This document shows, piece by piece, positions 56,135 to 64,000 of a DNA stretch of 64,000 nt (its first letter is position 1; every line of letters begins with the position of its first letter). The stretch is from contig JBDHIO010000009.1 of the NCBI GenBank assembly GCA_039587355.1, positions 4,907 to 68,906 on the forward strand. The letters run 5' to 3'. The notes under the pieces were generated by a model, which was not told the DNA's origin, made no database searches, and worked only from the letters and a program-made list of their open reading frames with translations. A program made the translations under genes and the position numbers. Source of the DNA: Gemmatimonadota bacterium (GTDB taxonomy: Bacteria > Gemmatimonadota > Gemmatimonadetes > Palauibacterales > Palauibacteraceae).

Positions 56135-59070
56135 TCGGACATCAGCCTGTCCATCACGACCGCCAGATGGTGCGCCTCTCTCCCCGTGAGGTCCCGAATC
56201 TGGTGGCGGCAGCTCGTTCCGTTCGCGACGATCCACGCGGCCTCGGGTGCCTCACGCACCGCGGGTGCCAGGTCGGTCTCGCCGATCTTCCGGGAGAGGT
56301 CCGCGTGCTCCTCCTCGTACCCGAAGGACCCGGCCATCCCGCAGCACCCCGCCGCGATGGCGCTCGCCTGGACGCCGGGAGCGGCCTCCAGCACACGGAC
56401 GGTGTGGTCCGCGACCCCGAACGCCTTCTCGTGACAATGCCCGTGCACGACGGCGATCGTGTCGTGTGTATCGCCGAACGGAAGACGGTCGAGGGCCTCC
56501 GTTCCGAGGAACTCAGAGAAAAGCAAGGCGTGCTCCGCCACCGATCGTGAATCGGGGCCGGGGCGGACGGCCTGCAACTCGTCCCGCAGTGTGAGCAGGC
56601 ACGAGGGCTCGAGACCGATAATGGGGACCCCGTGGTCGGCGAGCGGCGCGAACGTCTCGACGACTCGATCCATCTCGGCCCGGGCTTCATCGACCAGGCC
56701 GGCGTTGAGGAACGTCCGGCCGCAGCAGAGCGGTCGTCCGGTCGTCTCGGGGATGTCGACGGAATATCCGGACGTTCGCAGCACCCGGATCGCGGCATAG
56801 GCCTGCTCGGGCTCGAAGTACCGGGAGAACGTGTCGACGAAGAGCGCGACGCGTCGTCCGGCCCGCGGGGCGCCGGAATGGTGCCGGGCGACCTTCACCC
56901 CGGACCCTCTCCTCCCCGGTGCGACGAACGGGCGAGGCGCCCACTTCGGGAGGGGGCGGTCCGACGAAAGCCCCAGCCCCCGATCCAGGACCCGTCTGAA
57001 CGGGCCGGCGTGATTTCGGGCGTTCGCGAACGTGGGCACGTGAGACACCCAGCGGGCGAGGTGGGGGAGGTAGGCGAGGGTGCGGTCTCGCATCGTCAAC
57101 CCCCGAACCGCGCGCTGCCGCGCGAGGAACTCGATCTTCATCCGCGCCATGTCGACCCCGGTGGGGCACTCCCGTCGACACGCCTTGCAGCCCAGACACA
57201 GGTCCATCGCTTCGTGCAACTCATGCGAATCCCAGGCATTCTCGCCGAGCTGCCCGGACAGCACGAGCCGCAGCGCGTTCGCGCGTCCCCGGGTCGAGTG
57301 CCGCTCGTCTTCGGTCGCGCGGAACGAGGGGCACATGACTCCGGGTGCCCGCTGCCGGCACGCCCCGTTGTTGTTGCACATCTCTACGGCCGCGGGGAGT
57401 CCGTTCCAGTCCGACCAGTCCAGAACCGTCTCTTCGTTCTCGGTCTCGTACCCGGGCCCGTACCGGAACAGAGACCGGTCGTCCATCGCGGGCGGCCGCA
57501 CGATCTTGCCGGGGTTGAGAATCCGGTGAGGGTCGAACCGGGTCTTGATCTCGTCGAACGTGCCGGCGAGACGGGGTCCCAACATCTCTTCGAGGAACTC
57601 GGATCGCACGATCCCGTCCCCGTGCTCTCCAGAGTGCGAGCCTCCGAGATCCCGTGCGATGGCGAACGCCTCCCGCGCGATCTCGCGCAGCCGACGGACG
57701 TCTTCCGGGTCCTTCATATCGAGGGCGGGTCGAACGTGCAGGCAGCCGACCGAGGCGTGCGCGTACCAGATGGCCCGGGTCTCGTTGCGCTCGATCACGG
57801 TCGACAGCCGATCGTACCACTCCGGGAGGCGCGAGATTGGAATGGCGCAGTCCTCGATGAAGGCGATCGGCTTTCGTGGATCCCGCATCGAGGTGGCGAT
57901 ATTCAGGCCGGCCTTGCGGACACCCCAGATCGCGGCCTGCAGGTCGGGCTCCTCTGCACGGACGATGCCCCGGGCTCCCGCCTCGCCGGCCACGTCGTGA
58001 AGTGCGTCGAGGCGGGCCCGGGCGTCGTCGTGGTCATCGCCCGAGAACTCGACGAGAAGGACGGCCCCGGGGAGCCCGCCATCCGACGCGTCGGCGGCGT
58101 CCCGCCCGAGCGCGCTCATAAGGGTGGGGCGGAACCCGGGGTTCTTCTCGGTGAGGTCGAGCAGGGCCTGGTCGACGAGCTCGACGGCCGTCGGGTCCAG
58201 GCCCACAATCGCAGGCACGGCGCTGAGGGCCTCCCGGACGGACTCGAAGCGGACGACCGCGAGCACGCGCGAGCGCGGCAGCTCGTGCAGCCTCAGTTCG
58301 ATCGCGGTGAAGAACGCCAGCGTCCCCTCGGATCCGACGAGGACGTCGGCCAACGTGGCCCCCGGTTCTCCCAGCCGGTGGAGACCGTATCCGGCCACGT
58401 GGCGCGGCACCCGGGGCAGTCGTCGCAGGAGTTCCTCACTCTCGCGGGCGTAGAGCGCCTGCAGGGCGGTCTGGAGCGCCATCGGGGCCTGCGGGGCGTC
58501 CGACGCCCGGGAACCTCCGGCGAGGGACGGTCCGAACCACGCCGTCGACCCATCCGCCATGACCGCCTCGATACCCGAGACCTGGCCGACCATGTGCCCG
58601 TACCGGATCGACCGCGCTCCCGCGCTGTTGTTGCCCGTCATGCCGCCGATCGTCGCCCGGCTCGAAGTCGCCACGTCGATGGGGAAGAACAGCCCGTGCG
58701 GCGCGAGAAGCCGGTTCAGATCGTCGAGCACAATTCCGGGCTCCACGACGACGCGCCGACCATCCGGGTCGAACTCTCGAACCCGGGTCAGGTGGCGGCT
58801 CGTGTCCAGCACGAGTCCAGTGCCGATCGACTGGCCGCTCATCGAGGTGCCCGCGCCCCGCGGCGTGATGGGGACCCCCGACTCTCCCGCGAGCTCCACG
58901 GCGATCCGAACATCCTCTGCCGTGCGCGGAAAGCCGACACCCATCGGCTGGATCTGATAGATCGACGCGTCGGTGCTGTAGAGTCCGCGGGTATATCGGT
59001 CGAACCGGACCTCACCCGTCAGCGCGTCCTCGAGTCGCCGCGCGAACGCACCGGTGCCCGTGCCGGTCAT
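56107..59070 (-). CDS. FAD-linked oxidase fused to 4Fe-4S and CCG domains (YdiJ/D-2-hydroxyglutarate dehydrogenase-like)
   Basis: 987 aa. N-terminal FAD-binding PCMH domain (PRGAGTSMSGQS), central GlcD-like C-domain, Cys clusters (CxxCxxCxxxCP-like CLGCKACRRECP), and C-terminal CCG repeats (CCG...CCGMAGSFG). Confidence 0.75.
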   Translation of the reverse strand: MTGTGTGAFARRLEDALTGEVRFDRYTRGLYSTDASIYQIQPMGVGFPRTAEDVRIAVELAGESGVPITPRGAGTSMSGQSIGTGLVLDTSRHLTRVREFDPDGRRVVVEPGIVLDDLNRLLAPHGLFFPIDVATSSRATIGGMTGNNSAGARSIRYGHMVGQVSGIEAVMADGSTAWFGPSLAGGSRASDAPQAPMALQTALQALYARESEELLRRLPRVPRHVAGYGLHRLGEPGATLADVLVGSEGTLAFFTAIELRLHELPRSRVLAVVRFESVREALSAVPAIVGLDPTAVELVDQALLDLTEKNPGFRPTLMSALGRDAADASDGGLPGAVLLVEFSGDDHDDARARLDALHDVAGEAGARGIVRAEEPDLQAAIWGVRKAGLNIATSMRDPRKPIAFIEDCAIPISRLPEWYDRLSTVIERNETRAIWYAHASVGCLHVRPALDMKDPEDVRRLREIAREAFAIARDLGGSHSGEHGDGIVRSEFLEEMLGPRLAGTFDEIKTRFDPHRILNPGKIVRPPAMDDRSLFRYGPGYETENEETVLDWSDWNGLPAAVEMCNNNGACRQRAPGVMCPSFRATEDERHSTRGRANALRLVLSGQLGENAWDSHELHEAMDLCLGCKACRRECPTGVDMARMKIEFLARQRAVRGLTMRDRTLAYLPHLARWVSHVPTFANARNHAGPFRRVLDRGLGLSSDRPLPKWAPRPFVAPGRRGSGVKVARHHSGAPRAGRRVALFVDTFSRYFEPEQAYAAIRVLRTSGYSVDIPETTGRPLCCGRTFLNAGLVDEARAEMDRVVETFAPLADHGVPIIGLEPSCLLTLRDELQAVRPGPDSRSVAEHALLFSEFLGTEALDRLPFGDTHDTIAVVHGHCHEKAFGVADHTVRVLEAAPGVQASAIAAGCCGMAGSFGYEEEHADLSRKIGETDLAPAVREAPEAAWIVANGTSCRHQIRDLTGREAHHLAVVMDRLMSDQESEPTSS

Positions 59071-59212
59071 CTCGGTTGAAGCGATCGGTGGTTTCTCCCA
59101 TGACGGTGCGAGGTCGTCGGCGTGACGCGCGGGATTGCGCGCGGCTCGCGGGACTCCAATGGTAGCCTGACGGACCCGACCAATCCCAGCAACCCCGACA
59201 ATCGAGTAATGC

Positions 59213-60403
59213 GTGTCGTACTCGAGCGGCCGACAGCTACTTCAGCTTCCGGGACCGACCAACGTTCCCGACCGTATTCTGCGGGCGATGCACCGTCCGC
59301 TGATCGACCACCGCAGCGCGGTGTTCGGCGAGATGGTGATGGGGATACTGGACGACCTCGCCACGCTCTTCGGAGCGAGCAATGGCGTGATGATCTTCCC
59401 GTCTTCCGCAACGGGCTGCTGGGAGTCGGCTCTGGTGAACACGCTTTCGCCCGGAGACCGCGTCCTGCTCTACGACAACGGCTTCTTTGCGCGGAAGTGG
59501 GGACAGATGGGGGTCGCCCTCGGGCTCGACGTGATCCGCATCGACGGAGACTGGAGGCTCCCGGTGGATTCCGGGCGGATCGCGTCCGAGCTGGCTGGCG
59601 ACGACCAGCAGCGCATCCGGGCGGTGCTGGTGGTCCACAACGAAACGTCGACCGGCGTCACGAGCGATATCGCCTCCGTCCGTACCGCGATGGACGCGTC
59701 CGGGACGGACGCGCTGCTCATGGTCGATACCGTCTCATCACTCGGTGCCACCGACTATCGACAAGATGGGTGGGGGGTCGACGTCGCTGTGTGTGGATCA
59801 CAAAAGGGGCTGATGCTGCCGCCCGGGCTCGGATTATGTGCGGCCAGCGAGCGAGCCGTCGACAGAGCCCGCGAGGCGCGGCTGCCGCGTGCCTACTGGG
59901 ACTGGCAGGAGATGAGGGAGATGAACCGGGACGGCTTTTTTCCGTCGACGCCTCCGACGTCCCTCCTTTTCGGGCTTCGAGAAGCCCTCGATATGCTACG
60001 GGAGGAGGGCCACCGGGAGGTGTTCTCCCGGCACGCGAGACTCGCCGAGGCCACCCGGCGCGCCGCGGCCGCCTGGGGACTCGAAAACTATTGTGCCGCT
60101 TCTGACGCGCACTCGGCCGCGGGGACGACGCTGATGATGCCGGACGAGACGGGAGCGAACGCGTTTCGAGACGAGTGCCTGAGGCGGTTCGATCTCGTGC
60201 TCGGCGGCGGGTTGGGACCGTTGAAGGACAGGGTGTTCCGAATCGGTCATCTGGGAGACCTCAACGCGCTCATGCTGGCGGGCACGCTCGCGGGCGTGGA
60301 GATGGTGCTGCGGTCGGTCGGAGCGTCACCTCGCAGCAGCGGGGTCGGTGCGGCGCTCGACTTCCTGCAGGAGAACTCCGGTTCGGGAGAGAGCGGGACA
60401 TGA
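59213..60403 (+). CDS. class V aminotransferase (serine/alanine--glyoxylate aminotransferase family)
   Basis: PGPTNVPDRILRAM N-terminus. PLP-Lys in VCGSQKGL. 396 aa. Confidence 0.8.
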   Translation: MSYSSGRQLLQLPGPTNVPDRILRAMHRPLIDHRSAVFGEMVMGILDDLATLFGASNGVMIFPSSATGCWESALVNTLSPGDRVLLYDNGFFARKWGQMGVALGLDVIRIDGDWRLPVDSGRIASELAGDDQQRIRAVLVVHNETSTGVTSDIASVRTAMDASGTDALLMVDTVSSLGATDYRQDGWGVDVAVCGSQKGLMLPPGLGLCAASERAVDRAREARLPRAYWDWQEMREMNRDGFFPSTPPTSLLFGLREALDMLREEGHREVFSRHARLAEATRRAAAAWGLENYCAASDAHSAAGTTLMMPDETGANAFRDECLRRFDLVLGGGLGPLKDRVFRIGHLGDLNALMLAGTLAGVEMVLRSVGASPRSSGVGAALDFLQENSGSGESGT

Positions 60404-61407
60404 TGAGACGCGAGTGGAGGACGGGTGCGGTGCGAGCCCTCGGAGTCGCGGCCGTCGCGGCAACGTTCGCGTGTACGCCGGTTGCGGACGGGGGCGTGGT
60501 CGAGCTGAAGCTCGGGCACGTCGGGGCGCCGGGATCGCTCTTCGACCTGGCTGCGGTCGAGTTCGCGCGCCGGGTCGAGGAACGGACCGTCGGCGCCGTC
60601 ACGGTGGCCACGTTCGGGTCGAGTCAGCTCGGCGGGGACGAGACCCTGCTTCAGAAGCTCAAGCTCGGGACCGTGGACCTGGCGCTGCCCTCGACCGTGA
60701 TGTCCTCGATGATCGACCAGTTCGGTCTGTTCGAGATGCCGTACATCGTCACGGACCGCGACCACATGCGCCGGATCGAGGAGTCCGTCGTGTGGCCCGA
60801 TCTGGCGCCGCTGGCCGAGGCTGACGGGTATCGTCTCCTCGCCGTCTGGGAGAACGGGTTCCGGCACATCACCAACAACGTGCGGCCGATCCGTGGGCCT
60901 GCCGACCTCGAGGGCATCAAACTGCGGACCCCGCGGGGGATCTGGCGGGTCAAGCTGTTCCAGACGCTCGGAGCGAACCCCACGCCGATGTCCTACTCCG
61001 AGGTGTTCATGGCTCTGCAGACCGGGGTCATGGACGGACAGGAAAACCCCTTCGCTCAGATCCACAGCGGTCGGTTGCACGAGGTTCAGAGCTACCTGTC
61101 GCTGACCGGACACGTGTACACACCGGCGTTCGTGACGGTGGGGGAGAATCGGTGGGCGCGTCTTCCCGAGGACGTCCAGACCGCCGTGGCCGCGGTCGCC
61201 CGCGAGATGCAGGCGTTCGTCTACGAGACCGCCGTGCGGCTCGAGGAGCAGTATCTGGCGGAAATGGTGGGATCCGGGATCGAGGTGAACGATGCGGACC
61301 GTGACGCGTTTCTCGCCGCGAGCAGACCTCTGTACGAAGAGTTCGCCGCTTCGGTGACGGGAGGAGGCGATCTGATCGCGAAGGCGCAGGCGGTGGCGGA
61401 GCGCTGA
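60400..61407 (+). CDS. dctP: TRAP transporter substrate-binding protein DctP
   Basis: Signal peptide/lipobox (AATFACT). DctP family body (LKLGHVG...GTVDLALPS...ENGFRHITN). Confidence 0.8.
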   Translation: MMRREWRTGAVRALGVAAVAATFACTPVADGGVVELKLGHVGAPGSLFDLAAVEFARRVEERTVGAVTVATFGSSQLGGDETLLQKLKLGTVDLALPSTVMSSMIDQFGLFEMPYIVTDRDHMRRIEESVVWPDLAPLAEADGYRLLAVWENGFRHITNNVRPIRGPADLEGIKLRTPRGIWRVKLFQTLGANPTPMSYSEVFMALQTGVMDGQENPFAQIHSGRLHEVQSYLSLTGHVYTPAFVTVGENRWARLPEDVQTAVAAVAREMQAFVYETAVRLEEQYLAEMVGSGIEVNDADRDAFLAASRPLYEEFAASVTGGGDLIAKAQAVAER

Positions 61408-61493
61408 GCACGGAACCGTCGCGGCCGATCGGCCGCCTGGCCGGGTGGCGGGGCGTTCTCGAAAAGGGTCTCGAGGGAGCGGTCCTCGCCCTG

Positions 61494-61931
61494 ATGACTT
61501 CGCTGGCTCTGATCGTCGTGCTCGGCGTCGGCTTCCGGAAATTCGGGGCCGCGCTGGTGTGGTACGATGAGGTGGCGGCGATACTGCTCGCCTGGCTCAC
61601 GTACTACGGGGCCGCGTACGCGGCCCTGCGCCGCGCCCACATCGGTGTCCCGACCGTCCTTCAGGCTCTCTCGGGGACGCCGCGCGCCGTGCTCTTCTGG
61701 ACCGCCGAGGTCCTGGTGATCGGCTTCTTCATCGTCGTGGCCTGGACGGGGTGGCAGGTCCTGGTCGTCATCGGCGGTGATTCCCTGGTCAGCCTCCCGT
61801 GGGTGCCGGCCCGGCTCGCGCAGTCGGTGATTCCGATCGGCGCGCTGCTGTTTGTCCTGGCCGAAGTCGCGAGCATCCCGGGCGCCTGGCGCGAAGTCCC
61901 CGGGATGGAGCGGGCGGAGGAGCCGACGTGA
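61494..61931 (+). CDS. dctQ: TRAP transporter small permease DctQ
   Basis: 4-TM small protein. The frame is open upstream to the dctP stop and encodes a DctQ-like N-terminus (VLEKGLEGAVLAL) but contains no ATG/GTG/TTG there, so the start is uncertain. Confidence 0.65.
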   Translation: MTSLALIVVLGVGFRKFGAALVWYDEVAAILLAWLTYYGAAYAALRRAHIGVPTVLQALSGTPRAVLFWTAEVLVIGFFIVVAWTGWQVLVVIGGDSLVSLPWVPARLAQSVIPIGALLFVLAEVASIPGAWREVPGMERAEEPT

Positions 61932-63211
61932 TCCTCCTGCTGATGTTCATCGGCCTGCTGATCCTCGTCACGATGAACGTGCCGATCGCCGTGGCCCTGG
62001 GGATCGTGGCCGTCGTCGCCATGGTCGGGACTTCGGGGGTCGCGGCGCTTCCAAACGTCGGCATCGTGATGTTCGACGGGGCGACATCGTTTCCGCTCAT
62101 CGCGATCCCGCTGTTCATCCTCGCCGGCGCGATCATGAACGCCACGGGCATCTCCCGGCGGCTGATCGCTTTCGCGTCCGCGCTGGTCGGGTTCATCCGG
62201 GGCGGTCTCTCGATGGTGAGCATCTCGGCCTCGCTCTTCTTCGCCGAGATCTCCGGGTCGGCCGTCGCCGACGTCGCCGCGTTGGGGTCGATCCTGATTC
62301 CCGCGATGAAGAAACGCGGGTATTCGACTCCGTTCGCGGCGGCGGTCATGTCGTCGGCCGCGACGCTCGCTGTCATCATCCCTCCGTCCATCCCGATGAT
62401 CCTCTACGGGGTCATGGCCGAGGCGTCCATCGTCGAGCTGTTCGTCGCCGGCATCATCCCCGGCGTGCTCGGGGGTCTGCTGTTGATGTTGGTCGCCTGG
62501 CTCTACGCGCGCCGGCACGACTTCCCGGTCGAGGACGCGTTCGAGCTGAGACGGGTCTTCCGCACGTTTCGGGAGGCCGGCTGGGCCCTGTTGCTTCCCC
62601 TGATCATCCTGGGCGGCATCTTCACCGGCTGGGTCACGGCGACGGAGGGGGCCGGTCTCGCCGTGGTCGCATCGCTGGTGATCGGCGGGATCGTGTACCG
62701 CGAACTGGATGTCGCGGGTCTGCGGACGGCGATGCTCGAGGGTGGGATACAGACTGCCGTCGTCATGCTGCTGGTGGCCGCCTCGGCCCTCCTGGGAGAC
62801 TACCTCACAGAGCTACAGGTCCCGCAGCAGGTGGCGGCAGGGATCATGGAGATCACCGAAAACAGGTGGCTGATCCTCGCCCTGCTCAACGTCTTCTTCC
62901 TGGCGATCGGCCTGTTCCTACACTCCGCCGCGGCGATCATCCTCGTGGTACCGATCGTGATGCCGCTCGTGCGGGCCGCCGGAATCGACCCGGTGCATTT
63001 CGGCCTGATCGTCACGTTGAACCTGGGGATCGGTCAGCAGACACCGCCGGTCGCGAGCGTCCTCGTTACCGCCTGCTCCGTCGCCGGGGCCGACATATGG
63101 GAGGTCAGCAAGGTGAACCTCCGGTTCGTCGGGGTCCTGCTGCTCGTTCTGCTTCTCGTGACCTACATCCCGGCGATACCCATGGCGCTGGTCGATGTCT
63201 TCTACCGGTAG
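61928..63211 (+). CDS. dctM: TRAP transporter large permease DctM
   Basis: GTG start overlapping the dctQ stop (GTGA). 12-TM DctM family (IPLFILAGAIMN...). Confidence 0.85.
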   Translation: MILLLMFIGLLILVTMNVPIAVALGIVAVVAMVGTSGVAALPNVGIVMFDGATSFPLIAIPLFILAGAIMNATGISRRLIAFASALVGFIRGGLSMVSISASLFFAEISGSAVADVAALGSILIPAMKKRGYSTPFAAAVMSSAATLAVIIPPSIPMILYGVMAEASIVELFVAGIIPGVLGGLLLMLVAWLYARRHDFPVEDAFELRRVFRTFREAGWALLLPLIILGGIFTGWVTATEGAGLAVVASLVIGGIVYRELDVAGLRTAMLEGGIQTAVVMLLVAASALLGDYLTELQVPQQVAAGIMEITENRWLILALLNVFFLAIGLFLHSAAAIILVVPIVMPLVRAAGIDPVHFGLIVTLNLGIGQQTPPVASVLVTACSVAGADIWEVSKVNLRFVGVLLLVLLLVTYIPAIPMALVDVFYR

Positions 63212-63999
63212 CTGCTCGTCCCGGTGCGCCACTCGCCCTCGAGCTGATCGAGAGCTTCTCGCGACATTGCCGCGTCGCCCGCTTCAGTAGCTGCCGCGGC
63301 AAGCCCCACGAGGGTTCTCGCACGTCCGGGTGTGCGCTGCAGCTGTGTCCGATACGCGTCAACTGCCTCGGCGGCCCGACCCGCCCGCAGGAGGCCGTCG
63401 CCCAGCGCCTCGTAGGTGGGCAAGGAGACCCGGGGCGGACCGAACTCGTAGGGCAGCGAGGCTTCCAGCTCCGCGGCCTCGGTTAGCAGGGCGAGCCCCG
63501 AGTCGACCCCGGCGCCCCATCTCAGCTCGATCATGCCCTCGAGCTCCAGTGCGCTCGCCTTCGGGAATCCGCCTCGCGGCGACATTCGCGCGAGGGCCGC
63601 CCGGGCCGCCGCTTCGTCGTCCGCGAGCACGGCCCGATACCCGTCCACCCACGCGATCGCACCGGCGACCGGCCCGGCCACGTCGCGCCGGAGGGTCTCG
63701 ATCGTGTCCCAGTCCTCCGTGTCGACCGCGTACATGAGCAGCATGCTGCCGTAATAGCCCGGCTCCTGGCCCGCCGGGCCCTCGTCCATGCGGGCCGCGC
63801 AGGCGGACAGAACGGCCTTCGCGTCGTCGAACCGACCCTGCTGGAGGTACCCGTACTCGAGCCACGACGTGTAGTGGCCGCAGACGCTCTTACGCCGCCC
63901 GAGCTCACCTTGCCGGGCATTCTGGACGTCCCGCGCGACCTCGTTCGCTCCCACGACGGCGTCCCACATCCCCCGGGCGACGAATATGTGAGAGGTCAT
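63202..63999 (-). CDS. TPR-like helical repeat protein (5' end at or beyond the window edge)
   Basis: ORF running to the last base of the window (Met codon at 63997-63999). Helical A/L/G-rich repeats. Possibly partial. Confidence 0.4.
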   Translation of the reverse strand: MTSHIFVARGMWDAVVGANEVARDVQNARQGELGRRKSVCGHYTSWLEYGYLQQGRFDDAKAVLSACAARMDEGPAGQEPGYYGSMLLMYAVDTEDWDTIETLRRDVAGPVAGAIAWVDGYRAVLADDEAAARAALARMSPRGGFPKASALELEGMIELRWGAGVDSGLALLTEAAELEASLPYEFGPPRVSLPTYEALGDGLLRAGRAAEAVDAYRTQLQRTPGRARTLVGLAAAATEAGDAAMSREALDQLEGEWRTGTSSYR

Positions 64000-64000
64000 G

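Noticed and set aside
56632-59079. 815-aa + strand ORF
   Set aside because: Antisense to the YdiJ-like FAD/Fe-S oxidase, which has clear cofactor motifs. Arg/Gly-rich noise.
1-64000. CRISPR arrays, rRNA genes, integrase/transposase genes
   Set aside because: No regularly spaced short direct repeats. No rRNA-like conserved stretches. No ORF with tyrosine/serine recombinase or DDE transposase signatures was seen, including within the tRNA-associated island.

Overview
High-GC (~68%) bacterial chromosomal window from a Gram-negative-type organism. The evidence for an outer membrane is several OM beta-barrel proteins, a TonB-C-like protein and a TRAP transporter. Phylum was not determined; Gemmatimonadota-like is possible.

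Core content:
- A complete, tightly coupled division/cell-wall (dcw) cluster at 25.3-42.7 kb: mraZ-rsmH-ftsL-ftsI-murE-murF-mraY-murD-ftsW-murG-murC-murB-ftsQ-ftsA-ftsZ. There is no ddl. A GTGGGG x3 direct-repeat MraZ box lies upstream.
- After the dcw cluster come an M23 peptidase, a VWA membrane protein, ftsY, a disrupted recG, asnS, a YdiJ-like FAD/Fe-S oxidase, and an AGXT aminotransferase next to a TRAP dctPQM operon.
- Upstream of the dcw cluster: HU, a MoxR/VWA (CoxD/CoxE-like) pair, CoxG, a CpsB-like phosphatase, YbdK ligase and a PlsC acyltransferase.

Most unusual region (2-12 kb):
- A tRNA-Val locus acting as a recombination hotspot. One intact tRNA-Val(UAC) at 10695-10770 is accompanied by three partial tRNA-Val copies. 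A 5' part with ~100 bp of conserved upstream sequence lies at ~1986-2128. A 3' part carrying the anticodon arm plus a 46-nt insertion lies at 4695-4791. Another 5' part lies at 4814-4856.
- The first pair of halves flanks a 2.6-kb two-gene cassette (alanine-racemase-like PLP enzyme plus DUF1611) and shares a duplicated anticodon-arm core, i.e. att-like.
- The third partial copy precedes a ~5.7-kb lower-GC (~50-58%) island with no integrase. The island carries a small overlapping two-gene module (HEPN-motif-like protein plus TM protein), a 4-TM protein, an esterase, a lipoprotein and an MscS gene fragment.
- Downstream of the intact tRNA are three copies of a ~50-bp hairpin repeat built from the tRNA 3' end.

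Two adjacent genes carry frame disruptions. recG lacks helicase motif I (Walker A) and has a frame change; it is either a pseudogene or an assembly error. An EEP-family nuclease/phosphatase has a 1-nt frameshift in a C-rich tract.

No CRISPR array, rRNA gene, transposase or integrase gene was found.
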